From Campylobacterota bacterium (GTDB taxonomy: Bacteria > Campylobacterota > Campylobacteria > Campylobacterales > Thiovulaceae), in assembly GCA_030152305.1 (NCBI GenBank), contig JASKOM010000006.1, positions 11,515 through 75,514 of the forward strand: a stretch of 64,000 bases of DNA. Reading direction: 5' to 3'. The notes beneath the pieces are model-generated. The model did not search any database. It was not told the DNA's origin and worked only from the letters and a program-made list of their open reading frames with translations. The position numbers and the translations under genes are program-made. Below are positions 1 through 10,006 of this stretch, piece after piece. Position 1 is the stretch's first letter. The number at the start of each line of letters is the position of its first letter.

Positions 1-355
1 CAGCTAAAGCTCTATTTACGACATGTAAAACGATTGGTAATCTCATACCAGAAGCCTGATATAAAGTCTCAACCATAAGAGCATAACCTTGTGATGAGGT
101 AGCAGTTGCAACACGACCACCAGCAGCAGAAGCACCGATACAACCAGACATCGCAGCATGTTCTGATTCGACCATGACATATTCGCCATCAACATAGCCA
201 TTAGCTAAAAATCCTGCATAATTTTCAACAATTGGAGTCGATGGAGTAATTGGATAAGCAGCCACGACATCAACTTGAGCTTGTCTAAGCGAATGAGCAG
301 AAGCTAGATTTCCATCCCAAACTTCAACTTCTTTAAGTTCCATTTTATCAGCCAT
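1..355 (-). CDS. porA: pyruvate:ferredoxin oxidoreductase alpha subunit (5' part; runs off window)
   Basis: Manual translation from ATG at 355: MADKMELKEVEVWDGNLASAHSLRQAQVDVVAAYPITPST...ESEHAAMSGCIGA...ATSSQG. Has the YPITP and ESEH motifs and follows the delta and gamma subunit genes. Confidence 0.93.
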   Translation of the reverse strand, partial: MADKMELKEVEVWDGNLASAHSLRQAQVDVVAAYPITPSTPIVENYAGFLANGYVDGEYVMVESEHAAMSGCIGASAAGGRVATATSSQGYALMVETLYQASGMRLPIVLHVVNRALA

Positions 356-357
356 AA

Positions 358-777
358 TTAATTAGCCTCCTTATCTTTTTTGCTCTCTTTTTTAGGCCAG
401 TTGGCAAGAGCTTCATTTTCAGATTTTTTCTCTTCGAACATTAATAATGATTTTGGATTTGTTGGACAAACATCAACACAAATACCGCAACCTTTGCAAT
501 GGTCATAATCAACACCGACCATTTTTTCATTTCGAGATACGATACTCATATCTGGACAATAGATCCAACAGAATTGACAATCAATACAGAAATCGCGATT
601 AAAAACAGGTTTTTCAACTCGCCAATCAGCAACTGAAGCAGTATATGAATTCGATTGAGAATAAGCTCTATTTTCTGGTAAAGTCGTAGCTAAATTCGAA
701 ACTGTTGTTTCTTTGTTAAACGAAAATAGAATTGCACCAGCATCAAATTCGTTCCAACCTTTGGTTTCTTTTGCCAT
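358..777 (-). CDS. porD: pyruvate:ferredoxin oxidoreductase delta subunit (2x[4Fe-4S])
   Basis: CIDCQFCWIYCP and CKGCGICVDVCP ferredoxin motifs; operon context. Confidence 0.93.
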   Translation of the reverse strand: MAKETKGWNEFDAGAILFSFNKETTVSNLATTLPENRAYSQSNSYTASVADWRVEKPVFNRDFCIDCQFCWIYCPDMSIVSRNEKMVGVDYDHCKGCGICVDVCPTNPKSLLMFEEKKSENEALANWPKKESKKDKEAN

Positions 778-779
778 TA

Positions 780-1349
780 TTAACCTCTTTTATTATTAAC
801 TTCGTTATAAGCTCGTTCGATAGCAGTCATATTAGCATCGATAACTTTTTTTGGAAACTTAGATAAAACTTTGTGCATGTTATCTTTAAAAAATTCAATG
901 CTATACATTTCAGAAACTCGCATTAAGGCACCAAGCATTGGAGTATTTGGAATAGGTCGTCCGATTGTTTCTTGAGAAATTCTCATACAATCAACGACAT
1001 AAACATCTTTACCTTCTAATTTTGGTTGAGTTTTTAATAACTCATCAAGACTTAAATGTGTTGTTACGATATATTTAGTCGAATCTTTTTCATTCATCGT
1101 AATATCGTCTGTATAAGTCAAAGCAGGGTCGATAACAAGAACAAAATCAGGATTCATGAATTTTTCATGATTAATAATTTCTTCGTCATCAACTCGATTA
1201 TAAGCTGTCATTGCAGCCCCTCGCTTTGCAGAACCGTAAAAAGCAAAAGCTTGAACAAATTTACCCGTTGTGGCAATAACATCAGCTAGACCTTTAGCAC
1301 CTGTTACGGCACCTTGACCAGCTCGACTGTGCCAACGAATTTCTAACAT
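780..1349 (-). CDS. porG: pyruvate:ferredoxin oxidoreductase gamma subunit
   Basis: MLEIRWHSRAGQGAVT N-terminus; PIPNTPMLGA motif. Confidence 0.93.
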   Translation of the reverse strand: MLEIRWHSRAGQGAVTGAKGLADVIATTGKFVQAFAFYGSAKRGAAMTAYNRVDDEEIINHEKFMNPDFVLVIDPALTYTDDITMNEKDSTKYIVTTHLSLDELLKTQPKLEGKDVYVVDCMRISQETIGRPIPNTPMLGALMRVSEMYSIEFFKDNMHKVLSKFPKKVIDANMTAIERAYNEVNNKRG

Positions 1350-1599
1350 AGAAACTCCTCTTGTTTTAAATGAGCAATCATCTGAAAACTCTTTAAAAGT
1401 TATATTACCGAAAAAACTCTTATTTAAAAAATTTTGTTAATTTATTGTTATAAATCATGGCAACAATATTTAATAAATATCCATTTTAATATTTTTACTT
1501 GTTTTATTATATAATTAACAACCTTATTAATTTTGCCTATTATTATGATTTCAATAATTAATTTGTGTGCTAATTTGCATAAATACAAATAGGAATAAA

Positions 1600-2355
1600 A
1601 TGAATACAATTAATCCATTACTTAGACAAATCTTAGAACTCAACAGACCTCATGGTTCCATTGGAGAATCAAAACTTCTTGATATTATCAAATATAATAT
1701 TCCAAATATACAAAGTGATAATTATGGTAATCTTTATTTGTTAAATAATCAAAGTAACTTAGCATTTTGTGCTCATGTTGATACAGTTTCAAGAGATTCA
1801 AACACAGAAATACAAGAAATAGTTATTGACGATGGCATTGTTTCGTTGCCAAATACACTTAACAAATATACAAGTTTAGTTCTTGGTGCGGATAACGGAG
1901 CTGGAGTATATTTACTATTAATGTTATATAAATCAGGATTGAATGCTAATTTTTTCTTTTTTAGAAATGAAGAACATGGTCGAATTGGTTCAAGAGAATT
2001 TTTATCTAATCAATTGACTGAAATCAGCCATTTAACTCAAATGATTGCTTTTGACAGAAAAGATCAATATGAAATTATCATTGAACAAAGAAGTGAAATA
2101 TGTGCTTCTCGCGAATATGCTTTGGCATTGGCATCAGAATTAAACATGAATCATGAACCTTCACCTCATGGATCATTTACAGATTCATACACTTTTAAAG
2201 ATTACATAAATGAATGCTTAAATATTGCTGTTGGTTATTCCCATGCTCATAGTTCAAGCGAATCTCTTGATGTGAATTATCTCGAAACATTGCTCGATAA
2301 TTTAAAAAAAGTTAATTGGGAAAATTTACCTGTAATAAGACAATTAAGTAATTAA
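1600..2355 (+). CDS. M28/M20-like zinc metallopeptidase family protein
   Basis: AHVDTV, LGADNGAG, NEEHG, AFDRK and late His (HAHS) metal-ligand pattern; AGGA RBS favours ATG at 1600 over GTG at 1567. Confidence 0.7.
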   Translation: MNTINPLLRQILELNRPHGSIGESKLLDIIKYNIPNIQSDNYGNLYLLNNQSNLAFCAHVDTVSRDSNTEIQEIVIDDGIVSLPNTLNKYTSLVLGADNGAGVYLLLMLYKSGLNANFFFFRNEEHGRIGSREFLSNQLTEISHLTQMIAFDRKDQYEIIIEQRSEICASREYALALASELNMNHEPSPHGSFTDSYTFKDYINECLNIAVGYSHAHSSSESLDVNYLETLLDNLKKVNWENLPVIRQLSN

Positions 2356-2360
2356 ACTTA

Positions 2361-2390
2361 ACCTCATCAACATATTATTTTTGATGAGGT
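2361..2390. terminator. hairpin between convergent genes built from an inverted pair of the 8-mer
   Basis: ACCTCATCAA-catattattt-TTGATGAGGT: perfect 10-bp stem and 10-nt loop between stops at 2355 and 2401. Confidence 0.7.
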
Positions 2391-2400
2391 GATTTATAAA

Positions 2401-3630
2401 TTAATTTTTTATTGAAGTTTCTTCTGAATATTCTTTGAGGAATTGTTTAATATTTTTTGATGCTTGTTTAATTCGGTTTTTGTTTTCGATAAGTGCGATT
2501 CGAACATATTCGTCGCCATATTCACCAAAACCAATTCCCGGACTAACAGCAACTTGTGCTTCGAGAATTAATTTTTTGCTAAATTCTAAACTGCCAAGAT
2601 GTCTCATTTTTTCAGGAATTTTCGCCCAAACAAACATCGAAGCTCGAGGTTTATCCATTTGCCAACCAGCATTATTAAAACTTTTGATTAAAAAATCTCG
2701 TCGATCTTCATATGTTTTTCGAATGTCTTCTACACAACTTTGATCGCCATTTAAAGCAACTGTTGCGGCAATCTGAATTGGAGTAAACATTCCATAATCA
2801 ATCCAGCTTTTTATTTTTTCTAAAGCTCCAATTAATTTACGATTTCCAACGATAAAACCAACTCGCCAACCAGCCATGTTATAACTTTTTGACAAAGTAA
2901 AACTTTCGACAGCGACATCTTTTGCACCTTCAACTTCAAAAATCGAAGGAGTTCTATAACCGTCAAAAACTAAATCAGCATAAGCAATATCACTAATTAT
3001 ATAAAATCGCTCTTTTTTTGCTATTTCAACAAGTCGAACATAAAAATTTGGTGTTACCGTAACAGTTGTTGGATTATGAGGAAAATTGACAACAACATAT
3101 TTTGGTTTTGGAACAGATTCTTTAATAGCTGATTTCAAATCTATAAAAAATTGGTCTTCATCAAGTTCAAAGCTATTATTATATTTCATAGCCATTTTTC
3201 GAACTGTTCCACCTGCCAAAGTAAAAGCATAACTATGAATCGGATAAGTTGGATCTGGAACAATAGCCACATCGCCGACATTTGTAATCGCCTCGATGAG
3301 GTGAGTGTAACCTTCTTTTGATCCCATTGTTGCAACAGCTTCACCGTTTGGATCGATATCAACACCATATCTTCGTTTATACCAATCAGCAATTGCAAGT
3401 CTTAATTTATAAATACCTTTACTTGCTGAATAGCCATAATTTCCACTTTTTTGAGAAGCTTCGATTAATTTCGAAACGATATGTTTTGGTGTATTTCCGT
3501 CTGGATTTCCCATGCTGAAATCGATAACATCTTTGCCATTTCGTCGTTCGCTCATTTTAATTTCATTAACTGCTGCGAAGACATATTTAGGTAATCTAAT
3601 TATTTTTTCAAATTGAATCTCATCAAACAT
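2401..3630 (-). CDS. PLP-dependent class I/II aminotransferase (LL-diaminopimelate aminotransferase / AlaC-like)
   Basis: DFSMGNPD, NFPHNPT, SDIAY, TLSKSYNMAGWRVG motifs. Confidence 0.88.
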   Translation of the reverse strand: MFDEIQFEKIIRLPKYVFAAVNEIKMSERRNGKDVIDFSMGNPDGNTPKHIVSKLIEASQKSGNYGYSASKGIYKLRLAIADWYKRRYGVDIDPNGEAVATMGSKEGYTHLIEAITNVGDVAIVPDPTYPIHSYAFTLAGGTVRKMAMKYNNSFELDEDQFFIDLKSAIKESVPKPKYVVVNFPHNPTTVTVTPNFYVRLVEIAKKERFYIISDIAYADLVFDGYRTPSIFEVEGAKDVAVESFTLSKSYNMAGWRVGFIVGNRKLIGALEKIKSWIDYGMFTPIQIAATVALNGDQSCVEDIRKTYEDRRDFLIKSFNNAGWQMDKPRASMFVWAKIPEKMRHLGSLEFSKKLILEAQVAVSPGIGFGEYGDEYVRIALIENKNRIKQASKNIKQFLKEYSEETSIKN

Positions 3631-3654
3631 TGATGATTCCTATATAAATATAAG

Positions 3655-4221
3655 TTATTTAACTTTTTCCATATACTCGCCTTCAACCGTATTAACACGA
3701 ATACGATCTCCCTCGAGAATATGAAATGGAACTTGAACAACAGCACCAGAATTTAAAGTAGCTGGTTTTCGTCCGCCTTGAGTATCGCCTTTAAAGTTTG
3801 GTGGAGTTTCAACAACTTCTAATTCGATGACCTCATCAACATCAACAGAAATAGGTTTGCCATTATGTAAAACGACATTAACAGTCGAACCGTCGATTAA
3901 CCATTTAACAGTTTCGCCAACTTGTTCTTCAGCTAAACCAATTTGTTCATAAGTCGTTGTATCCATAAATTGAAGCATGTCGCCATCTAAATATAAAAAT
4001 TGCATAGTTTTATATTCTAACATTGGCTCTTGACATTTATCACCAGCATGAAAAGTTTTATCAACAACTCGACCGTTAATTAAACTTTTAATTTTTGTTC
4101 GAACGAAAGCTGCACCTTTACCAGGTTTAACATGTTGATATTCTGTAATTCTATAAGGAATACCATCCATCTCGATTTTTAGACCCTTTTTTAGATCTCC
4201 CATTCCATAGTTTAAAGCCAT
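3655..4221 (-). CDS. efp: translation elongation factor P
   Basis: [20 protein letters not shown] motifs. Confidence 0.97.
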   Translation of the reverse strand: MALNYGMGDLKKGLKIEMDGIPYRITEYQHVKPGKGAAFVRTKIKSLINGRVVDKTFHAGDKCQEPMLEYKTMQFLYLDGDMLQFMDTTTYEQIGLAEEQVGETVKWLIDGSTVNVVLHNGKPISVDVDEVIELEVVETPPNFKGDTQGGRKPATLNSGAVVQVPFHILEGDRIRVNTVEGEYMEKVK

Positions 4222-4307
4222 GAATTATTGCTCCAGTTTTTGAAATAATTATAACCAATTAACAAATTTTAATGATTATATAACTAAGCGAATGATATTA
4301 ATAATTT

Positions 4308-4799
4308 TTAATTGTTAATATTTTTTTGAATAACTATTGTTCCAGCAATGATGTCATGAAGTGTTTTTCGTTGTTTATTTAATAATGGCATAAAAAATCC
4401 AATCAACGAAATCATTGATAAAAAATAGGCTAAATATCTAATAATTGCTTGAAATAAAGAGATTTTTTGCAATGTTTTATTATTGACTATTTCTAAATTT
4501 AAAGCTTTTTTACCAGGAGTTTGACCGCTAATTGTCCAAAATAAAACAGTAATAATTAATACGATAATCATTTGAATAATTCCAGCAGTTGGATGTAATT
4601 CAGGATTTTTCATAGATTCGTAGCCGTAAATTAATCCAACAACGATATTAACGGGCATAATAATCAAAAACATGTCCATTACAGTTGCAAAAAAACGACT
4701 TCCAAAAGAACCATAAATAACTTTATGATTAATTGAGTTTTCGATGTTATCAGGTCTGAATTTTGTTTTTTTACTATTTCGCCATCTTGTTTTTTGCAT
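4308..4799 (-). CDS. RDD family membrane protein
   Basis: SRFFATVMD...GQTPGKKALNL...LHDIIAGT. Confidence 0.88.
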   Translation of the reverse strand: MQKTRWRNSKKTKFRPDNIENSINHKVIYGSFGSRFFATVMDMFLIIMPVNIVVGLIYGYESMKNPELHPTAGIIQMIIVLIITVLFWTISGQTPGKKALNLEIVNNKTLQKISLFQAIIRYLAYFLSMISLIGFFMPLLNKQRKTLHDIIAGTIVIQKNINN

Positions 4800-4827
4800 T
4801 TAAATCCCTATTTTAAAATATGCGATA

Positions 4828-4836
4828 ATTATATCA
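4828..4836 (-). promoter_or_regulatory. extended -10 promoter (TGnTATAAT) for the RDD gene
   Basis: Minus-strand TGATATAAT about 30 nt upstream of the ATG; canonical Campylobacterota sigma70 element. Confidence 0.55.
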
Positions 4837-4881
4837 ACAGAATTTTTAATAATTCAGATCTCAAGATAAGCGAGATAATTC

Positions 4882-5961
4882 ATGAATAAAGAATTTAGTT
4901 TGCTCAAAAAATTGTTTGATGCTCAACCGATGATTTCGTTTGCAACATCTGGAGACTATAAATTAGTTAGCTGGAATCGTGGCTTTGAAAATTTCTTTGA
5001 AAGTAAATTAGCATATGATCGTGATATCAGAGATATTGTTCCAACAATTAATGATAAATGGATCGATGAAATGCTTCTTAAACCATATCAGCCTAAAAAA
5101 ATTAATTTTAGCAAAGGTCAAGATAATTATGTATTTAATGCATATTTTAATATTTCATATGTAGAACGAGCTTGTTTATATATTTATACTTTTGTTGATG
5201 TAACAGAACTTGAGGAATTAAAAGATCGGGAATATCTTCAGGCAAAAATGGTTTCAATCGGAGAACTGTCTTTAGGTTTAACTCACGAAGTTAATACACC
5301 TTTGACTTATATTCGTGGAAGTGCTGATTTAATGGAAATGGATTTATCTTTAATTGATGACATGAATCTTAAAGAATTATTTGAAGAAAATCTTAAAGCA
5401 ATTCAAAATGGTGTCGAACGAATTCAATTAATTATCGATCTATTACAAGAATATGGTTCTAATTGTAATGAAGTTTCGCAAGTTCTAGATTTAACAGATG
5501 TAATTTATGACATATATTTATTTTTATATCATAAATCGAAATACATAGCAAATATATATTTTAACGGTGAACTCTTAAATCAAGACTATAAACGAATTCA
5601 CTGTTTAGATGAGTCTAAATATGTAACTTTCCCTAAAAATCAATTAATTAAAATTTTATTAGTTATTCTTCAGAATTCTTTAGAACAGTTATCAATTTCA
5701 CATATATTATTCGAAGAAAGACGAATTGATATTTCGATAAAAAAACATGGATATTTTTCGGAAATATTAATCGAAGATAATGGTGGTGGAATTCCTGAAA
5801 ATATTTTAAAAAATTTATTTAAACCTTTTACAAGTGGTAAAAGTCAATCTGGTATGGGTTTAGGCTTAAATATTGCAAAAAAAATGATTGAAGGTAACGG
5901 TGGAAAAATATTTGCTGAAAACTCGCAAAACGGTGCTGTTTTTCATTTAATTATTCATTAA
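4882..5961 (+). CDS. cytoplasmic sensor histidine kinase
   Basis: H-box THEVNTPL, N-box QNS, G1 EDNGGGI, F-box FKPF, G2 GMGLGL. Confidence 0.9.
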   Translation: MNKEFSLLKKLFDAQPMISFATSGDYKLVSWNRGFENFFESKLAYDRDIRDIVPTINDKWIDEMLLKPYQPKKINFSKGQDNYVFNAYFNISYVERACLYIYTFVDVTELEELKDREYLQAKMVSIGELSLGLTHEVNTPLTYIRGSADLMEMDLSLIDDMNLKELFEENLKAIQNGVERIQLIIDLLQEYGSNCNEVSQVLDLTDVIYDIYLFLYHKSKYIANIYFNGELLNQDYKRIHCLDESKYVTFPKNQLIKILLVILQNSLEQLSISHILFEERRIDISIKKHGYFSEILIEDNGGGIPENILKNLFKPFTSGKSQSGMGLGLNIAKKMIEGNGGKIFAENSQNGAVFHLIIH

Positions 5962-5979
5962 GTCTATTTGATTTTTGAT

Positions 5980-6013
5980 ACCTCATCGTTAATTTTATAA
6001 ATATTGATGAGGC
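5980..6013. terminator. hairpin between convergent genes built from an inverted pair of the 8-mer (second copy GATGAGGC)
   Basis: ACCTCATC (5980) ... GATGAGGC (6006) followed by TATTTTTTT, between stops at 5961 and 6033. Confidence 0.6.
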
Positions 6014-6032
6014 TATTTTTTTATTTCGAAAA

Positions 6033-6407
6033 TTAATATAAAGTTGAATTATCTGGTGGTGGAACATCGAATTTATCTAAATAAAAAGCTAAATCTCCAC
6101 GATGATTAATTTCTATTTTTTTAAATTTTTTATTAAATACGAATCCTAAAATTAATCGTGGTTTAGATTTATATTTTTCGATATATTCAGTAGCATTTTC
6201 TTTTGATAAAATAATATGTTCTTTTAAAAAATGGGATTTTAATATCCATTTATATTGATATTTTCTTTCATCTCTATGAACAAAATGAAATCTAATTGAC
6301 CAATCTTGATCAAGAGTAAATTTATAATATAAAGTTTTTACTTCAAATATACGAAACGAATCAATTTCATTTGCTTTAGTTTCATTATTTAATTCTTCTA
6401 TACTCAT
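6033..6407 (-). CDS. hypothetical protein
   Basis: 124-aa ORF at the end of the pur/plsC run; no recognised motif. Confidence 0.6.
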   Translation of the reverse strand: MSIEELNNETKANEIDSFRIFEVKTLYYKFTLDQDWSIRFHFVHRDERKYQYKWILKSHFLKEHIILSKENATEYIEKYKSKPRLILGFVFNKKFKKIEINHRGDLAFYLDKFDVPPPDNSTLY

Positions 6408-6418
6408 TACTATCTTTA

Positions 6419-7120
6419 TTAATTAATTGTTTTAATTTCATCTAAAAGTCTATTTTGCATTTTATTTTTAATATCTTCGAGCCAATCATTATCTTTCGAA
6501 GCGATAAACGGTTCAAAAAATATTATTTTAACAACACCACGAGAAGAAACTAAATTTTTTACATCAAATCGTTTTCCACTATTTACTAATAAAACTGGTT
6601 GAACTTTTAGATTATATTTATTAGCGATCATTGATGCACCAGCTTTAAAAGGCAAAAACTTATCATTTGCATTTCTAGTTCCTTCAGGAAAAATAGCAAC
6701 GACTCTTTTTTTATCAATTTTATTTTTGACATCTTTTAATAATTTAATTATTCCGTTTTTATCTTCGCGATCGACATCGATCATATCAGTTAAAGACAAA
6801 GCTAAACCGAAATATTTTAATTTAAAAAGTTCTAATTTAGCAACCCAAGCGATATCTAAATCGATAACTGCCATTTCTAGAAGCATAATATCAAGCATAC
6901 TTTGATGATTTAAAACAAACATTTGAGTATCTGTTGCTCTTTGTCCTTCTATTTCAACTTTTACACCTGATAATTTTAAAATTGATATCGATGTCCATCG
7001 TCGTAAAACATGATCTTTGCCAAATTTTTTAAAAATTAAAACAAACGGAATCATTAATCCTACACAAAACATAACAACGAACATGACATAAAAGGCTCTA
7101 ATTTTTGCAAATATCTTCAT
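6419..7120 (-). CDS. plsC: 1-acyl-sn-glycerol-3-phosphate acyltransferase
   Basis: NHQSMLD and IFPEGTR motifs; start probably ATG 7120. Confidence 0.92.
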   Translation of the reverse strand: MKIFAKIRAFYVMFVVMFCVGLMIPFVLIFKKFGKDHVLRRWTSISILKLSGVKVEIEGQRATDTQMFVLNHQSMLDIMLLEMAVIDLDIAWVAKLELFKLKYFGLALSLTDMIDVDREDKNGIIKLLKDVKNKIDKKRVVAIFPEGTRNANDKFLPFKAGASMIANKYNLKVQPVLLVNSGKRFDVKNLVSSRGVVKIIFFEPFIASKDNDWLEDIKNKMQNRLLDEIKTIN

Positions 7121-8210
7121 TACTGACCCAACCTTCACTTTCTTCTTCTTCTGTAAATCTTATTTTTATAAAGCCATTTTTTTCATAAATTTTGTCAAAT
7201 ATCTGTTTTTCTTCGACTTGTCTAAATGCTGTTGATGAGGTCATTGGCAAAATTCGAACAACAGATCCATTATTTACACAAACACTTGGTTTTGGCATAA
7301 GCATATCAATAGAAAACCCGACACCGACGATCGAAATTAATAAATTAAAAAAATGTTGATAAAAATAAAATAAAATTATAAAAAACACGGCTACACCGAT
7401 AGCTATACCTAATTTTATTTTAGCGATATGATCGAGTCGTTTTGGTCGTAAATCTTTTGCAGTTGAAACCATATCATCACGAACATCAATCGGAATATCA
7501 ATTTTTGAGAACTGAAAAGTTTCAGTATTAAAATATTTAAAAGTAAAATTATCATAATGTCGAGGAACGACAATATAATAACTTAAATCAGAAAGTTGAA
7601 AACTATCTTTTACGATTCCTTCGATTCCCTGTTTTTTAATATAAGGCTCATCGAATTTAATATTTTTTAATATCGTTTCTTCAGCTTTGATATAAATCGT
7701 TAAGATATTATTTTCTTCATCGAATTTATTAGCAAGTGTTTTATAAATATCAAGATTTTTAGCAAGAATATTCGAAAATTGAGCTGTTTCTGGAAGAGTC
7801 ATAGCAGTTATTTTTTTGCCATTTAACGATGCTTCACTTCTTAATGTTGCATTGCCTTCTTTATATTTTATCGATGCATATAATCGTGGAGTTGTTATTT
7901 TAGTATCTTTTGCAACGAAATAAAATCGATCATAAACAGAAATAACACCGTCTTCATCAACGATTTCTCGTTTAGGTTCTTTATCTTTTGATAATTTTTC
8001 TACTCCGTTGCCACCTGAAAATTTATAAAATAATTTATCATAATTTTCAGATACAACAGTTGTTTTATATTCGATATAAAAAACTTGACCGACATAAACT
8101 CGATCGGGGACTTTATTATAATCGATATATAAATTCTGTCCAGAATTCTCTGATTCGGATCCCCATAAAAAGGGGAAGAGAATTAATAATATGAGATAAA
8201 TTTTTCTCAT
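7098..8210 (-). CDS. exported/membrane protein with C-terminal SH3-like segment
   Basis: Signal peptide, two C-terminal TM helices, VRILP...EGWV tail; lies between purQ and plsC as in Campylobacterota. Confidence 0.7.
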   Translation of the reverse strand: MRKIYLILLILFPFLWGSESENSGQNLYIDYNKVPDRVYVGQVFYIEYKTTVVSENYDKLFYKFSGGNGVEKLSKDKEPKREIVDEDGVISVYDRFYFVAKDTKITTPRLYASIKYKEGNATLRSEASLNGKKITAMTLPETAQFSNILAKNLDIYKTLANKFDEENNILTIYIKAEETILKNIKFDEPYIKKQGIEGIVKDSFQLSDLSYYIVVPRHYDNFTFKYFNTETFQFSKIDIPIDVRDDMVSTAKDLRPKRLDHIAKIKLGIAIGVAVFFIILFYFYQHFFNLLISIVGVGFSIDMLMPKPSVCVNNGSVVRILPMTSSTAFRQVEEKQIFDKIYEKNGFIKIRFTEEEESEGWVSNEDICKN

Positions 8211-8217
8211 TAATTAT

Positions 8218-8895
8218 TTATTTAAAAAAACCCTGCAACATACGAACACCGTCAGATGAGCCAAGAATCGATTCGATAGCTCTTTCAGGATGTGGCATTA
8301 AACCAAAAACATTTCGTTCTCGATTACAAATTCCAGCGATTGCTTCGATTGAACCGTTTGGATTTATTTTATTTCCGTTTTCATCGCAATAAGTCAAAAG
8401 AATTTGATTATTTTCTTTTAAATTATTTAAGCCGACCTCATCGATAAAAAATTTACCTTCAGCATGAGCAATTGGAGCTTTAACGATTTCGCCAACAGTC
8501 ATATCAGACAAAAACAAATTATTATTATTTTCGATTTTTAAATATTGCTGTTTAGAAATAAAATGAAGTCCGTCATTTCGCATCATTGCACCTGGTAATA
8601 AATGAGCTTCAACAAGAATCTGAAAACCGTTACAAATTCCAAGAACATTGCCACCGTTTTTAGCAAATTCAGAAACTTCTTTCATAATTGGAGCAAATCG
8701 TGCGATTGCACCACTTCGTAAATAATCGCCATAACTAAAACCACCAGGAACAACGATTAAATCGATATTTTCAGGTAATTTTTCGTTTTTATGCCAAACT
8801 ATTTCAGTTTCAGCTCCTAATTTTTTAAAAGCATATTCTGTATCAAATTCGCAGTTAGTTCCCGGAAATTGAAGAATCGCGACTCGTTTAGCCAT
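8218..8895 (-). CDS. purQ: phosphoribosylformylglycinamidine synthase glutaminase subunit
   Basis: [32 protein letters not shown]. Confidence 0.97.
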   Translation of the reverse strand: MAKRVAILQFPGTNCEFDTEYAFKKLGAETEIVWHKNEKLPENIDLIVVPGGFSYGDYLRSGAIARFAPIMKEVSEFAKNGGNVLGICNGFQILVEAHLLPGAMMRNDGLHFISKQQYLKIENNNNLFLSDMTVGEIVKAPIAHAEGKFFIDEVGLNNLKENNQILLTYCDENGNKINPNGSIEAIAGICNRERNVFGLMPHPERAIESILGSSDGVRMLQGFFK

Positions 8896-9856
8896 TTATA
8901 ATCTCGATATTATAATCTTCGATAACAGTATTAGCTAAAAGCGATTCACACATTTGTCGTGTTTGAGCTTCAGCATCAGATTTGCTATTTGCCGAAACTT
9001 TTAAAACGATTTGACGACCAATTCGGACATCATTAACAGTTTCACCAAAACCTAATGAACCAAGAGCATGATTAACAGCTTTTCCCGCTGAATCAAGAAC
9101 ACCTTCTTTTAAGAAAATATTAACGATAGCTTTATAGCCTTTTTTTAGAACTAAAATTCTATTTTTAACTTCTTCGTAAGCAACTTTTACACCGCCGATA
9201 TCTTGTCGGAATCGATCTTTGTCTAATTTTTCGCCTGTTGTGCTGTCCCAGAATCTGCAACTATCTGGTGAAATTTCATCAGCAAGAATAATTTCACCAT
9301 TTTGATCTTTGCCGAATTCAAGTTTAAAATCAATTAATCTTAAACCGACTTTTGCAAAAAACGGTTTTAAAATATCATTTACTTTTCGAGCTTGAACTTT
9401 GAGAGTTTCTAACTCTTCAGATTTATCAACAAGTCCCATAATTACGGCATGTTCGTCATTAATAATTGGATCATTCATTGCATCGTTTTTATAATAAAAC
9501 TCAACAATTGGAGTTGTCAGTTCTCGACCTTCTGGAATTCCAAGTCGTTTTGTTAATGAACCAGTTGCTACATTTCGAACAACAACTTCAATAGGAATGA
9601 TATTTACTCGTTTAACAAGCATATCTCGTTCGTTTAATTTTTTTAAAAAGTGTGTTTTGATTCCGTTGTCTGAAAGTTCGCCGAAAATAATTGTGCTAAT
9701 TTCGTTATTTAAAATCCCTTTGCCAAGCTCTTGAGATCGTTTTTGAGCATTAAATGCAGTTAAGTCATCTTTGAATTCAGCGATGAATTGATTTTTGTCG
9801 CTAGTTGAATAAAGCTTTTTGCCTTTGCCTTCGTAGAGCAATTCTAATTTTTCCAT
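8888..9856 (-). CDS. purC: SAICAR synthetase PurC fused in frame to PurS
   Basis: LYEGKGK...DFKLEFG...[14 protein letters not shown] (PurC), then [14 protein letters not shown]...VRIGR...[10 protein letters not shown] (PurS) with no stop between; GGAG RBS before ATG 9856. Confidence 0.92.
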   Translation of the reverse strand: MEKLELLYEGKGKKLYSTSDKNQFIAEFKDDLTAFNAQKRSQELGKGILNNEISTIIFGELSDNGIKTHFLKKLNERDMLVKRVNIIPIEVVVRNVATGSLTKRLGIPEGRELTTPIVEFYYKNDAMNDPIINDEHAVIMGLVDKSEELETLKVQARKVNDILKPFFAKVGLRLIDFKLEFGKDQNGEIILADEISPDSCRFWDSTTGEKLDKDRFRQDIGGVKVAYEEVKNRILVLKKGYKAIVNIFLKEGVLDSAGKAVNHALGSLGFGETVNDVRIGRQIVLKVSANSKSDAEAQTRQMCESLLANTVIEDYNIEIING

Positions 9857-10006
9857 TAAATTTCTCCATATCAATTTAAGATTATTGTGTCTTGAAATTT
9901 TAACAGTTTCTATTATTAAAAATAGTATTTCGATTATTGCGATAAAAATAAAGAATAATTTTGTTGATGAGGTGATTTTCATGTCGTCTTTGATTAAAAT
10001 TACAAA

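Noticed and set aside
9857-9982. 42-aa hydrophobic N-terminal extension on PurC in the ORF track
   Set aside because: A good GGAG RBS precedes ATG 9856, where PurC homology begins; the extension is probably chance open frame in AT-rich DNA.
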